63,996 bases of DNA, filler included, from Saprolegnia diclina VS20 (GCF_000281045.1; 6 parts of 2 records of this genome joined end to end with filler, not necessarily neighbours in it), one strand, 5' to 3'; positions 37,913 through 50,183 are shown, counted from the first letter of the whole stretch. Made by a program: numbers and translations. The notes: generated by a model from the letters alone, not told the origin.

Positions 37913-38877
37913 NNNNNNNNNNNNNNNNNNNNNNNNNNNNNNNNNNNNNNNNNNNNNNNNNNNNNNNNNNNNNNNNNNNNNNNNNNNNNNNNNNNNNNNN
38001 NNNNNNNNNNNNNNNNNNNNNNNNNNNNNNNNNNNNNNNNNNNNNNNNNNNNNNNNNNNNNNNNNNNNNNNNNNNNNNNNNNNNNNNNNNNNNNNNNNNN
38101 NNNNNNNNNNNNNNNNNNNNNNNNNNNNNNNNNNNNNNNNNNNNNNNNNNNNNNNNNNNNNNNNNNNNNNNNNNNNNNNNNNNNNNNNNNNNNNNNNNNN
38201 NNNNNNNNNNNNNNNNNNNNNNNNNNNNNNNNNNNNNNNNNNNNNNNNNNNNNNNNNNNNNNNNNNNNNNNNNNNNNNNNNNNNNNNNNNNNNNNNNNNN
38301 NNNNNNNNNNNNNNNNNNNNNNNNNNNNNNNNNNNNNNNNNNNNNNNNNNNNNNNNNNNNNNNNNNNNNNNNNNNNNNNNNNNNNNNNNNNNNNNNNNNN
38401 NNNNNNNNNNNNNNNNNNNNNNNNNNNNNNNNNNNNNNNNNNNNNNNNNNNNNNNNNNNNNNNNNNNNNNNNNNNNNNNNNNNNNNNNNNNNNNNNNNNN
38501 NNNNNNNNNNNNNNNNNNNNNNNNNNNNNNNNNNNNNNNNNNNNNNNNNNNNNNNNNNNNNNNNNNNNNNNNNNNNNNNNNNNNNNNNNNNNNNNNNNNN
38601 NNNNNNNNNNNNNNNNNNNNNNNNNNNNNNNNNNNNNNNNNNNNNNNNNNNNNNNNNNNNNNNNNNNNNNNNNNNNNNNNNNNNNNNNNNNNNNNNNNNN
38701 NNNNNNNNNNNNNNNNNNNNNNNNNNNNNNNNNNNNNNNNNNNNNNNNNNNNNNNNNNNNNNNNNNNNNNNNNNNNNNNNNNNNNNNNNNNNNNNNNNNN
38801 NNNNNNNNNNNNNNNNNNNNNNNNNNNNNNNNNNNNNNNNNNNNNNNNNNNNNNNNNNNNNNNNNNNNNNNNNNNNN

Positions 38878-41236
38878 CATGTAGGCCAGCGTGGATCATA
38901 GACACCGATGGCACCGTAGTTGCAGCAAGGCGTGTGATTTTTGTAGCTTGCAGGAAAGTCACGCTGAGATCCGCACACGTGTTCGACGCCGATCCTTTCG
39001 TTGCTGCAGCACGGTAAGCCAAGCTTGTACACAAGCCTACACCTTGCAGTCGGTCAATCGTGCAGCGTGCGTTCGAGTGCCCGCCAGGTTTATTGTCCAA
39101 TTCGCCCAAGTGATCGTCGTCTTTAAAAACGTCGGCTGATCCCATCTTATAGTGAAAGCATCTTCGTCCCCAGCGACAGAGTGTGCAGCTGCTAAAGCAG
39201 ACAAAGCTAAACTTTCACATGGTGGAGAGCACTCAGGCACATGGATACAATGATGCGGCGGCTGAGATTTTCCATTGCAAAAGAAGCAGCGTGTCCGCCA
39301 ATCTAGCCCAGGCACAAACCCCACGCAATGATTATTAGATCCAAATATCTTACAGCAACATTGCTGGAAAACTCACAACCTCTGGAGTGTGACACTGTGA
39401 TACTCTCTGTGTTTTTTCTGAACGTGTGTTTTTTCAAACGCGTTCCATATAATAAAACGTGCATCCACAGCTGTATCCGTTACAAAAGCCAGGTTTGAAA
39501 ATCAGTGTTTAACAGGATTTTGGACTACTGCACGGTTAAAAATGATCCAAAGTACTAAGTATGTAGATAAAGTGTACANNNNNNNNNNNNNNNNNNNNNN
39601 NNNNNNNNNNNNNNNNNNNNNNNNNNNNNNNNNNNNNNNNNNNNNNNNNNNNNNNNNNNNNNNNNNNNNNNNNNNNNNAGAAGTCACATGAGCAGCGTAA
39701 GAGGCCAAGTCTCGCCATGTAGGCCAGCGTGGATCATAGACACCGATAGCACCGTAGTTGCAGCAAGGCGTGTTATATTTGTAGCTTGCAGGAAAGTCAC
39801 GCTGGGACCCGCACACGTGTTCGACGCCGATCCTTTCATTGCTGCAGCACGGCAACACGGTAAGCCAAGCTTGTACACCTTAGACGGCATGAGGCGTGCC
39901 CCGCAAAACTCGCATACCTACGTCGTACACAAGCCTGCACCTTACACTCGGTCAATCGTGCAGCGTGCGTTCGAGTGCCCGCCAGGTTTATTGTCCAATT
40001 CGCTCAAGTGATTGTCGTCTTTAAAAACCTAGGCTGCTTTCATCTTTCCGTGAAAACATCTTCGTCTCCAGCAACAGAGTCTGCAGTTGCTAAAGCTGGC
40101 AAAGCTAAACTTTCACATGGTGGAGAGCACTCAGGCACATGGATACAATGATGCTGCAGCTGAGAATTTTTATCGCAAAAGAAGCAGCGTGTCGACCAAT
40201 CAAGCCCAGGCACTAACCCCACGCAATGTTGATTAAATTCAAATATACTCCAGCAACATCGCTGGAACACTCACAACCTCACACTACTCTTGACCGATCA
40301 TAATGACAAATCCTTCATCGGCGGTCGACCCCTGGTGTAGTAGTCGAGGCGTTCCACTTATTCGAGCCCGACGGATTGCGGGTTCAAGCTCAGCTGCGCG
40401 GAAGCAAATGCAATTGGCTGACCTCCTGCACATGCGCGGTGTACCCAATCGGAAAAGCCGCCGTGCCGTTACGCGTTCGGGAATGGCCAAGAGGGTGTCG
40501 TTACTCACTAAGCCTCAAAGAAAAACCTCCCACAACAAATCACCAAGAATCGCACCCTCGCCAAAAAAACGCCCGCCTCTCAACGCACTGTGAAAAAAAG
40601 CCTTACCTTAGGAAATAATATCTCAATAGACTCATTAAAAAAAAAAGAAAAATATCATTCATCTCCTATAAATTGTTGGCCAATCAGAGCTCTAGCATTG
40701 CCATAGGCCACAGGATCTCGCACAATCACAACGATCTCTGTTTCAACGTACGACGATGCGACATCCATCGACATCATTAATGCAATCAATGCCGTGATCA
40801 GATTTACTTTAAACTTCACTATTGACGCTCTCGGGCCACATTAGCGGAGATGCTGAACTTTTCGGAGAGTCTAAGCAAGAGGCATCCGCTACGCCAACTT
40901 TAGACGTTTGCAGGTCCCCAACGCGCGCATCACCAACGTGTGCACTACGTACGCGGCCCCACTTTTCTGGTGGGACCGCTCCGCGACTGAATTGGCTCTG
41001 GTTGCCCTACTGAGATAAGTGTACCGAGATCTCTTCCGTAAAAGGTATAGGAGATTTGGAAAAAAGAAAGCTGGCCACTATCAGAGATGAAGTCTGACAC
41101 TGTAATACTCTGTTTTTTTCTGAACGTGTGTTTTTTTTTTACGCGTTCCAAAAAATAAGACGTGCATCGACAGCTGAATCCGTAAAAAAAGCCAGGTTTG
41201 AAAATCAGTGTTTAACAGGATTTTGGACTACTGCAC
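38878..41236. repeat. Unclassified diverged repeat: 38878-39381 matches 39716-40280, and 39390-39532 matches 41095-41236
   Basis: Alignable by eye with many substitutions and indels. No intact ORF; probably decayed TE copies. Confidence 0.75.
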
Positions 41237-41336
41237 NNNNNNNNNNNNNNNNNNNNNNNNNNNNNNNNNNNNNNNNNNNNTTAATTAATTAANNNNNNNN
41301 NNNNNNNNNNNNNNNNNNNNNNNNNNNNNNNNNNNN

Positions 41337-41984
41337 TTACAGCATCCAGTGCGCCGCAGCGACCGCGAGCGACGCCGCCGAGACAGCAACGCCAACCGCA
41401 CTTGACGGCGCGGGCGTCGGCGTAACCTTTTTGATCGTCGCAAATGTCGGGACAGGCGTTGGCGCCAACGTAATCACCGGCTCCTCTGTCATGTTGCCAG
41501 ACATGGAGCCCGACGACGGCTTGGTCGTCGCGGGCTTGGTCGTGACAGGTAGAGTCGTCACGTTCGCGACCGGGGGGGTCGTCGTCACCGGCACCGTCAC
41601 CGGCAACGTCGTGGTGTTGGGTGCATTCGATGGCAAGGCCGCGTTCGCCTTGATGGCCGTGAGCGCATTGAACGAGAGGACTCGGGCGTCAGCGTAGTTG
41701 ACGCCCCAGAGCGAGCACGTCGGTCCAAGAACAGCCTGGAAGCGGTCATAGAGGTCCTTGCAGTCGAGCGACGACTGGAAGGCGATCACGTCGTCCTTGG
41801 CAGGCACAGCAGTCGTTGTGAAAAAGTCGACGAGGTTGACGCCGCTCGCCTTCTTGCAGCCCGAGTAGCTCATCTGGGCCGCGAGGTACGTCGTAACCGG
41901 AGAGAGGTCGGTGGTCGTGCACGGCGCCGCGAGCGCAGCTGCGGCGGAGGCCACGGACATCGCCACGAGCGCGAGCTTCATCAT
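41337..41984 (-). CDS. Elicitin-like (ELL) secreted protein with Thr/Pro stalk and probable GPI signal
   Basis: Signal peptide MKLALVAMSVASAAAALA; APCTTTDL...CKKASG...DCKDLY...PTCSL; T/P-rich tail; SSA followed by a hydrophobic C-terminus. Confidence 0.82.
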   Translation of the reverse strand: MMKLALVAMSVASAAAALAAPCTTTDLSPVTTYLAAQMSYSGCKKASGVNLVDFFTTTAVPAKDDVIAFQSSLDCKDLYDRFQAVLGPTCSLWGVNYADARVLSFNALTAIKANAALPSNAPNTTTLPVTVPVTTTPPVANVTTLPVTTKPATTKPSSGSMSGNMTEEPVITLAPTPVPTFATIKKVTPTPAPSSAVGVAVSAASLAVAAAHWML

Positions 41985-43099
41985 CGTTGAGCCAAGTTTG
42001 TAGTGTGCAATGGGCCGCGATCGCCTGCCCCGCGTGACTCACAACCGCGTCTTTTTATTGCGCCACTTGAAGATATCTGAGCATTTGTATGCCAAATGGC
42101 GAATGGGTGTATTTTAGTAGCAGACGATACAAATCGCTAGTTGCTGACGAGGGCCAGGTGGCCAGACGGCGCCAAGTGCAAGGACGGCCCGTCTGTACGT
42201 CGTCGGCAGCGTCATGTCAGTGTACTAGTACTCACCAAAGCGCAATGCCCTTTGTACACTTTTGGATGGCGGCGTATTGTGCCAACGGACAAGACGTCGG
42301 AGGCGCGACACCAGATCACGCTGGGACACATCGTGTGTTGTGTTGGGAGAACTTGGCGGATCTTGATGCCTTCAGCACCTGCGCCTACAAGTTGCATTCG
42401 ATGTCGAATGGGTTGCACTTCGCATTGACAAAGACGTAAATCATGGCGCGATTGACAATCACAACAAGTTGCGCGGGTCATGAGGAATGGCCTCGACTGC
42501 GAGAACTGACGATGTGGGTGCCAAAAGCAGAATCAAGTCGCACCCACGGGCTTGTTTCCGTTGACCTGCCAAGAAATCCTCCATCGCGTGAAAAATCGAT
42601 GCTTCGCTAAGGAGACGACGCTATGATTGGCGCGCAAATATTCGATAGACCCGTCCGCAAAGCCCACACAGCGCCACGTCATGAGGCGCTGGTCGCCGAA
42701 CGTTCACTTCAACTCGAGTTGCCTCTTTTTCAAAAATGCAGGTGCCGAACCGTACGGATAAAATTCACCAGGTAGCCTCTGTAGTTTGCCAAAATTTGCC
42801 TGGTTAGCGAACGCACATCTGGGAGTCAACTCACTCAAGGACTGTGAATGGACCGCACGCGTCGTTTTGCGTCGGTAGGGGTGGCAGACGTGGCCTGTGC
42901 TGGAGCTGCGCTTGCTGTGGCTCATGACGTCATGCGCGAATAAATGTTCCGCATTCAAACCATATTGGAGGTCGAGATCGATGACATGATTCCCGATCCT
43001 CGCTAAGTTACTTATATCTACGACGTGTGAGCATTTTCCAAGGTTTTGGCCAGTCGTGCTTCCGATTGGATTCAGCTTCCAACAACCACTGTGGGATGG

Positions 43100-43700
43100 C
43101 GTTCCTTGGAGCGCGGTTTCGAGGCAAAACGAAACAAGGCATGGTTGGCGTTGGACACCGTTGCGGCCTTGGACACCGCGTCTGGCGTCGTGACCGCTGG
43201 AGGTGGTGTGNNNNNNNNNNNNNNNNNNNNNNNNNNNNNNNNNNNNNNNNNNNNNNNNNNNNNNNNNNNNNNNNNNNNNNNNNNNNNNNNNNNNNNNNNN
43301 NNNNNNNNNNAGCTCGTTGTAGACACGAGTGGGCGTTTGCTGGATCTGGAGGAGGCTCATGCCGTTGATCACACGGCTGTTGTGCTGCGCGACCTTCTCG
43401 AGTGTTTTTGCGTCGCGCGCAGCGTCGCTAGCTCTGGTTCTACGAGCTCCTTCCGTCTCGAGAAGTTGGGACGCCGTTGCTTGCCCGTGGCAAGCGGCCT
43501 CGAAAACGTGATGAAGCTGCGTCACCGTCGTCTCGGCGTCGTCAAGTTTGCCTCGGAGTTCGTGCGAGTATTTGACCGTGACAGCGTCCGTCCCTGAAAG
43601 CAGTACCTCGAGTTGTGTCGGGTCCGCGTACGGCACAGCGTGCAGCAACTTGACCCAACGTGGCTTTGTAAAGTGTCTTCAACACGTAGCACACCTTTTG
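43100..43700 (-). pseudogene. Coding-like fragment of unknown origin, interrupted by a gap
   Basis: GC3-biased helical ORF (LLHAVPYADPTQLEV...RGKLDDAETTVTQLHH). No recognisable motif. Confidence 0.25.
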
Positions 43701-44470
43701 ATGGATTGTTGTTGTGGTTGTTGAAGTGGGTCTCCTACAGTATTACAAAAGGTCCAACTACGCAAATTACGTTGGCAGACCTTCTTCGTTGTGTACACTC
43801 GGCTGAAGTATGTGATCGCACTTTACGCAGAGAAATATGCTGGTGTGACCGACAGACGTTTTTGTACACACAACGGACCAGCTCAATACGTGTCGTAAGG
43901 ACCATGGGCGATGCGCCTTATCATGAAACCACTCTCAGAAGCTCGACCCGGCGCTCATTCGCCCTGGTGTTCTGTACTCTGGCCTCGACGGACCGGCTGG
44001 TCAAGACAGATCAAAATCGAAAGGTTGACTCAAAGGCAAAGCGAAAAGTGAGTACATTAGTGAGCTCGTCACGGGCTCAGAAGACCTCGCGAGAGCCACA
44101 CGATCGAGTACCTACTGGCAAGTATACACTACTCTAGTATAAACTATACCTCGGCCGGCAGGTTGAAGCAGACAGCGCGCCAACAATTTGACGACACGAT
44201 TGATGGCACAATTGCCAACGCGCTGAGCTGCAACCGGAGCAACGACCTATTGGGAGCTGCGTCCGGTTCCGGCCAGAACACCCGAGCCTGGTGTCCAGGC
44301 CGGAATGAAGGCGAGCCATGCTCATGGTAGTACAACACTATTTTCAACGACGTTGACGACAAAAGAAGGGGATTGATTGGATTGAGCGTGTGCTTGTCAG
44401 CGCGACGACTGAGATATCGCCGGCGCAAGTCGAGAACCTCTGCGCTAAGCACCGTCAACAGGACGAAATT

Positions 44471-45409
44471 GGGGAATTTGCAAAAGGCGTCATGGCTTGG
44501 GTACCTTTCTGCAAAATACGCAGATTTCTGCGAAACATGTCATGCATGCGTCATGAACTCTTGTGAGCCCACAAATTCCTCAAAATGAGTACACCATGTA
44601 TAATACTATTTCATAAACATGTAATAGAATTACTGTTTCGTTGTTGGCGTGCTATCTTTCAAGCGTCGGGAGCAGGCTATCGCTTGGACCCAGCACCGTC
44701 TCAAGGTTACGCCGCATGGCCAAGATCTTCTCGACGAAGCCAACAACGCGTCGGACGCATTTACCTGCAAGCGCGCGCTCGCCGATGTGGTCTACATGTC
44801 CGCTCCGAGAAATCTCTGGCGCGTCGACATAGTCAAGTTTACGTGCACTTGCGCGCACAAGGTGCAGTACCGCACCCCATGTTGCCACTTGGTAGCGGCC
44901 CTCAAGTGCGTTGCCAGCTACATCAAGATCTGCGAAGCGTTTGGTGACGAGTACAAGGTGGCGACGAACTTTGCGGCCACAGTAGGCCGCAAAGTTCGTA
45001 CATTTTCTTCGTAGTCGATGGGCCATCGACTACGAAGAAAATGTCGCCCCAAAATGCTCCCGTCGACGCGTCAAGAAGCGCAAGTGAGGCCCCAGTGGCG
45101 TGGCACGTAAGCGTAGCAAGGGAAAATAGTTACCTTCACCACTACACTGGTGCATCTCTCCAAATACATAAGTTCATTCCCCTTCTATGTGTGCATCCAT
45201 TCCACTTGACGTGCGACAGCAATGCGCGTGCTGAACGACTTGTAAAAAATCGTCAAGTGCATTGCGATACTATTTAAGGGAATTTTCGGGATTGTCCGAC
45301 TTGCCAGGTGGGCTCACAAGAGTTCATGACGTATTCATGACGTGTTTCGCAGAAATCTGCGTATTTTGCAGAAAGGTACTCAAGCCATGACGCCTTTTGC
45401 AAATTCCCC
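44471..45409 (+). mobile_element. Complete non-autonomous Mutator (MULE) element, 939 bp, retaining a SWIM zinc-finger fragment
   Basis: 102-bp TIRs (44471-44572 and 45308-45409, starting GGGGAATTTGC). Perfect 9-bp TSD GACGAAATT at 44462-44470 and 45410-45418. Internal WRVDIVKFTCTC...PCCHLVAA. Confidence 0.95.
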
Positions 45410-45491
45410 GACGAAATTATAGCGGCATTGTGTACGCTGTGTTTTAAAGTCCTCAACCCTTGAACACTGGGAGTCCGTAATATGGTCTTTA

Positions 45492-46993
45492 TTACAGTAG
45501 AGTAATTATACTTATTCCAGAAAAATCCTATTGGCTAAAATAATACATGCCTGTGATTGGCCAGTTCTGAATTAATCCCTGTTATGTGCGATTCCCAGGC
45601 TCGGTCTGGCGACCGCCCCTGGTAATTGCGGGCTAGTAAGTGCGTTCGGGAATCCCAGCCCCGCAGGGCGGAAATTTTTGAGACAGAATGGTTTACACCC
45701 ATGGAATACAGACCGTTTATACTTGAAATATGTATGGAGGGCGACTTTTGCGCCCATTACACAAAAAGAGGTCGATTTTTCCAGAAAGGGTTTGACTTGG
45801 GGTTGTATGTGGAGATTTCTGGAAAGGCCGGGATCATTCTGGAAAACGCAATACAAACGGCAAGTCGCCACGGGGACCAAAATGTTATCACGATGATAAC
45901 GGCGCTATCGAGCGCCAAGAGCGCTGTAGAGCTAGTAGGGGACACAGGGCACTCAGCCGAATGCATACCTAGCCTCTACCATCGCAAATCTTGGTGTCAG
46001 TTGCGGCGTCACTGCGAGATGCAGCAGAATTGGTCGGGTAGTCGTGCCTACCAGATGAAGGGCAGACTTCAACATCATGGCCAACCAAAAATCTCTTTGA
46101 CGAGGATATTAAAGGCGTTATACGCGAAACGCGAGCAAGCGAATCATGGAANNNNNNNNNNNNNNNNNNNNNNNNNNNNNNNNNNNNNNNNNNNNNNNNN
46201 NNNNNNNNNNNNNNNNNNNNNNNNNNNNNNNNNNNNNNNNNNNNNNNNNNNCGTTGCAGTGTACGTGTGTTGACGTTTATTGAAGGATTAGAGGAAAATA
46301 CCCACGACGCGCAGGTCAGTCGGGCCGTAGCGTTTACAGTAGAGTAATTATACTTATTCCAGAAAAATCCTATTGGCTAAAATAATACATGCCTGTGATT
46401 GGCCAGTTCTGAATTAATCCCTGTTATGTGCGATTCCCAGGCTCGGTCTGGCGACCGCCCCTGGTAATTGCGGGCTAGTAAGTGCGTTCGGGAATCCCAG
46501 CCCCGCAGGGCGGAAATTTTTGAGACAGAATGGTTTACACCCATGGAATACAGACCGTTTATACTTGAAATATGTATGGAGGGCGACTTTTGCGCCCATT
46601 ACACAAAAAGAGGTCGATTTTTCCAGAAAGGGTTTGACTTGGGGTTGTATGTGGAGATTTCTGGAAAGGCCGGGATCATTCTGGAAAACGCAATACAAAC
46701 GGCAAGTCGCCACGGGGACCAAAATGTTATCACGATGATAACGGCGCTATCGAGCGCCAAGAGCGCTGTAGAGCTAGTAGGGGACACAGGGCACTCAGCC
46801 GAATGCATACCTAGCCTCTACCATCGCAAATCTTGGTGTCAGTTGCGGCGTCACTGCGAGATGCAGCAGAATTGGTCGGGTAGTCGTGCCTACCAGATGA
46901 AGGGCAGACTTCAACATCATGGCCAACCAAAAATCTCTTTGACGAGGATATTAAAGGCGTTATACGCGAAACGCGAGCAAGCGAATCATGGAA
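45492..46993. repeat. Two apparently identical ~660-bp copies (45492-46151 and 46334-46993) beginning TA-CAGTAGAGT; possible Tc1/pogo-type end
   Basis: The copies match through to the gap but have different upstream flanks. No partner TIR found. Confidence 0.6.
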
Positions 46994-47443
46994 ACTGGAC
47001 ATTCTTGCATATACATTCTCCCCAACCGCGCTGAGCTAGCTCCGTGCGGCCAAAGCGCCATGGAACGCTACTGGCTGCATGTACAACTGTAGCATAGTGT
47101 TATCACAGCGTGATATGCATACTATTTGACGAATGCACACTGTGATAACACTAAAAACAAGGTTTGATTCCACATTTGTATGTCGCACGCTGTGTTAACA
47201 TTAGATTCATTTTCACGCTGTGATAACACTATGATAAGTGATTAGATGGTAAATTTTGTATGTTGCACGCTGTGATAACACTATTGGCTACCTGACGAAT
47301 TGACGAAACTGGGTGGTCCATATCGAAAGAAGCCGGGTTTCGCACAACGAGACATGGACACTCCATCCGGGAACAAGGCGCTGCGCAACCGCACAGTAGC
47401 GTCGCGTGAGAAAGCGCAAGTCGCCACGATCAAGGCCGACCCC

Positions 47444-47563
47444 AAGCCGAAGAAGATGAAGGTCGAGACGAAGCCGAAGAAGATGAAGGTCGAGACGAAG
47501 CCGAAGAAGATCAAGGTCGAGGCCACGACGAAGAAGATCAAGGTCGAGACGAAGCCGAAGAAG
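47444..47563 (+). repeat. 27-bp coding minisatellite (KPKKMKVET x about 4.5) in a Lys-rich ORF
   Basis: aagccgaagaagatgaaggtcgagacg units inside ORF 47300-47626. Confidence 0.9.
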
Positions 47564-47768
47564 ACGATAAGTGACGTCAAGGTAAAGTGTGAGGGTAATG
47601 AACAACTTAAAGCTACTCTGAAATAGACCAGCCGCGACGACCCGACCGAACTCGAGACGGACAAGACGGGCAATACCTTCCCACTCGAGATGGAGATAGT
47701 AAGTACTTTCGAGGCACATACCAATGTGGGTGGGTGGGACGATAACGCAACATGGATAGGTTGCTGAT

Positions 47769-48545
47769 ATGCCGAAACGTAAAAACAACGTGTCGGTGAC
47801 CGCGGGTGCCAAAGGCCAACAAGAGGCCGCCGTCGATTTGTTCAACTCGTTTCTTCGCAACACGAATCAGTCGTGGCACGGAGTCAAGGAGACGTGGAAG
47901 AAGATGAAAATTGCCGAAAACAACGGCGATGAGCGCCCGAAGCCGGATGTTTACGACGTGCTTGAAGAATTCGTCAAGTTCATGTACAACTACAACGCAC
48001 CGAAAGCACGGAACTCGATCGGCTGCTTGTCGAGTCAAACGGCTGACAACTACCTCTCTCAGGTACGCAAATTTGATGAATGCTAGTTACAATTGAAAAT
48101 GTGTTTAGGCCAAGGCCACTTTTATCCAGAATCTGGGCGACCTCGACGCCACTCGCTGCAAGACGATTCGTGCATCTATGAAGAAGATCTTTGTCGAACG
48201 CGAAGTTCAAGTCGGCATCTACAAGAAACAAGCACCTTGTATGACCGTCCAAGATATGGAGGTGCTCGGGAAAATGTTACACGCCCAAGGTGCAGACCAG
48301 TGGTATTCGTCCTCCAATTTCCAATCATATTTATAGGCGGCTTCGAAGATATCGAGTTTGCCTCGCTGCTCGTGATGTCGTGGCACATGTTGGGTCGTGC
48401 CATTGACTCGACCTGGCTACAGCGGTCGCAGGTCCTGACGTCCGTCGATATGTCTCACGTAATATATCTCTATTGTAGATTCAACTAATGAGCGAGAGCG
48501 ATCTCTTCGTCACGTTCGCGCGCCTTAAGACCGCATCTCTTCAAG
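47769..48545 (+). pseudogene. Truncated Crypton tyrosine recombinase, 3 introns
   Basis: Spliced: ...TADNYLSQ|AKATF...APCMTVQDM...|FASLLVMSWHMLGRAIDSTWLQRSQ|IQLMSESDLFVTFARLKT. First catalytic Arg and Lys present; HxxR and Tyr region absent. Confidence 0.72.
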
Positions 48546-48559
48546 CCCACGCCGCCGTC

Positions 48560-49278
48560 CGGCGGCGTGGGCTCGAGCGTGGTCCAATCACGTAGAAAAA
48601 GCGACACACGACCAGTACGTCGAGGATAACATCTTCATGTACGATGTGACGTTCGTGCCGGTGCACGTTCACCCTGTGCATTGGTACCTTATTGTTATCG
48701 ATGCCGCTCAGCGCCGGATTGTCGTCTATGACATGTACCCGAAGGACTTACAAGACCCCAAGGAAGCCAAGTGTCTCTTGGAGCATCGCGACGTTGCTCA
48801 TGCATGCAACACCGTCCAGGCGGCAAGCGACTCCAAGCACATGAAACGATCACGCCCACCGCCACGTCAAGGGTTGACATCCGGCGATATTCACGACTTG
48901 AGCGCGTTGATCGAACCGGACGCAGCCCCCGAGCCTTGTCACGCCGAGGGCCCCAAGACGCCCAAGAATCTGGCATCGTTGCCCACCTCCCACCGGAGAC
49001 GTTCAAGCGCCATCTCACGGGACCGCAAAGAAGCTGCAAAAGCTGCGGCGCCTCTTCTCAGCTTCTCCACTCACCCGGATCTGCGTCAAAGCACCAACGA
49101 CAAGACACCTTCCAACGAATGCAATTGGCGCGTACTAGTATATTACCAGCAAACTCAGCAGAAGAACGGCGTGGACTGTGGTGTATATGTGTGCGCGATC
49201 GCTGAAGCCGTGTTGCGCGATCAGTCCCTCAAGAAGCTGGACGACGTTGCGACCGAACGATATAGGAGTCGCATGTAA
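48560..49278 (+). CDS. Ulp1/SENP-family (C48) peptidase fragment, 5'-truncated
   Basis: NIFMYDVTFVPVHVHPVHWYLIVID...IVVYD...QQKNGVDCGVYVC: His, Asp, Gln and Cys catalytic residues intact. Confidence 0.85.
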
Positions 49279-50183
49279 CGTTATCGTCTTTTATGGCAGG
49301 GCCTGATAACCACGGAATTTGACGCGTGGCATAAACGTTAAACCAAGCTCATTGAATATATGTTTATCTGTCTCCTGTCGTGGTATGTCATGAGGCACTG
49401 ACCTCTATAACCGTCGTGTCGTCTTCAAGACAGCACCATAGACGTGTGCAACCCAGGCACCGTGACAACAAGTAAATATTCACGGCGTGTAAACACTAAA
49501 TATCAGATACCACAACGTGATAACACAATACATCGTCTTGCACAGTGTGGAATACAATGTTCTATACGCCATAAACAAACCAGTCACAACGTGATAACAC
49601 TAAATACCCGATACCACAACGTGATAACTCTACACACCAGTTTTCTCTATNNNNNNNNNNNNNNNNNNNNNNNNNNNNNNNNNNNNNNNNNNNNTTAATT
49701 AATTAANNNNNNNNNNNNNNNNNNNNNNNNNNNNNNNNNNNNNNNNNNNNGTTTGCAACAGAAGTTGATTCGGAATCAACTTCTATCCCCTCCAGTGATG
49801 CCCGGAGCTGGATAAAGTTTATTCGAATGACATTTAAAAAAAGAGGCAACTCGAGCCGAAGTGAACAAGATGTCCTGGTGTGGGTTGCTCGTACGAGCGA
49901 CGTTGAAACTGCAGAGTTTGGTGTGGCGTTGCATGGAATGAACACCTCATTCTCGGACGAAGCGCCATTTCCACACGAGGAAGTGACTTCTTGAGGTCAC
50001 AAATTCACAATTGCTGTCGTCGCAACTGCGAACTGCCAGAATCTTCCTGATGAGAATCGAAAATTGTAATTGTTAACAGAGTTGACACCTCGTTTCTTCC
50101 TAGTTTTGACAACCACAATTTTCACTCGTTTAACGCATTTTGGCGAAAAACGCATACGTTTAACCTCGTTCGCCGAATTTACG

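Larger units (their letters stand above)
47095..49650 (+). mobile_element. Internally deleted CryptonS-like element (tyrosine recombinase N-terminal half plus Ulp1/C48 peptidase)
   Basis: GTGATAACACTA motif arrays at both ends. Spliced YR with WHMLGRAID and FARLKT. Peptidase with VHWYLIVID and QKNGVDCG. Confidence 0.75.

Noticed and set aside
37443..39145. Long ORFs of 343-524 aa in the ORF track
   Set aside because: They consist mostly of translated Ns.
40945..41151. RKKQSITVSDF peptide reminiscent of a DDE transposase segment
   Set aside because: Too short and degenerate to support a family assignment.
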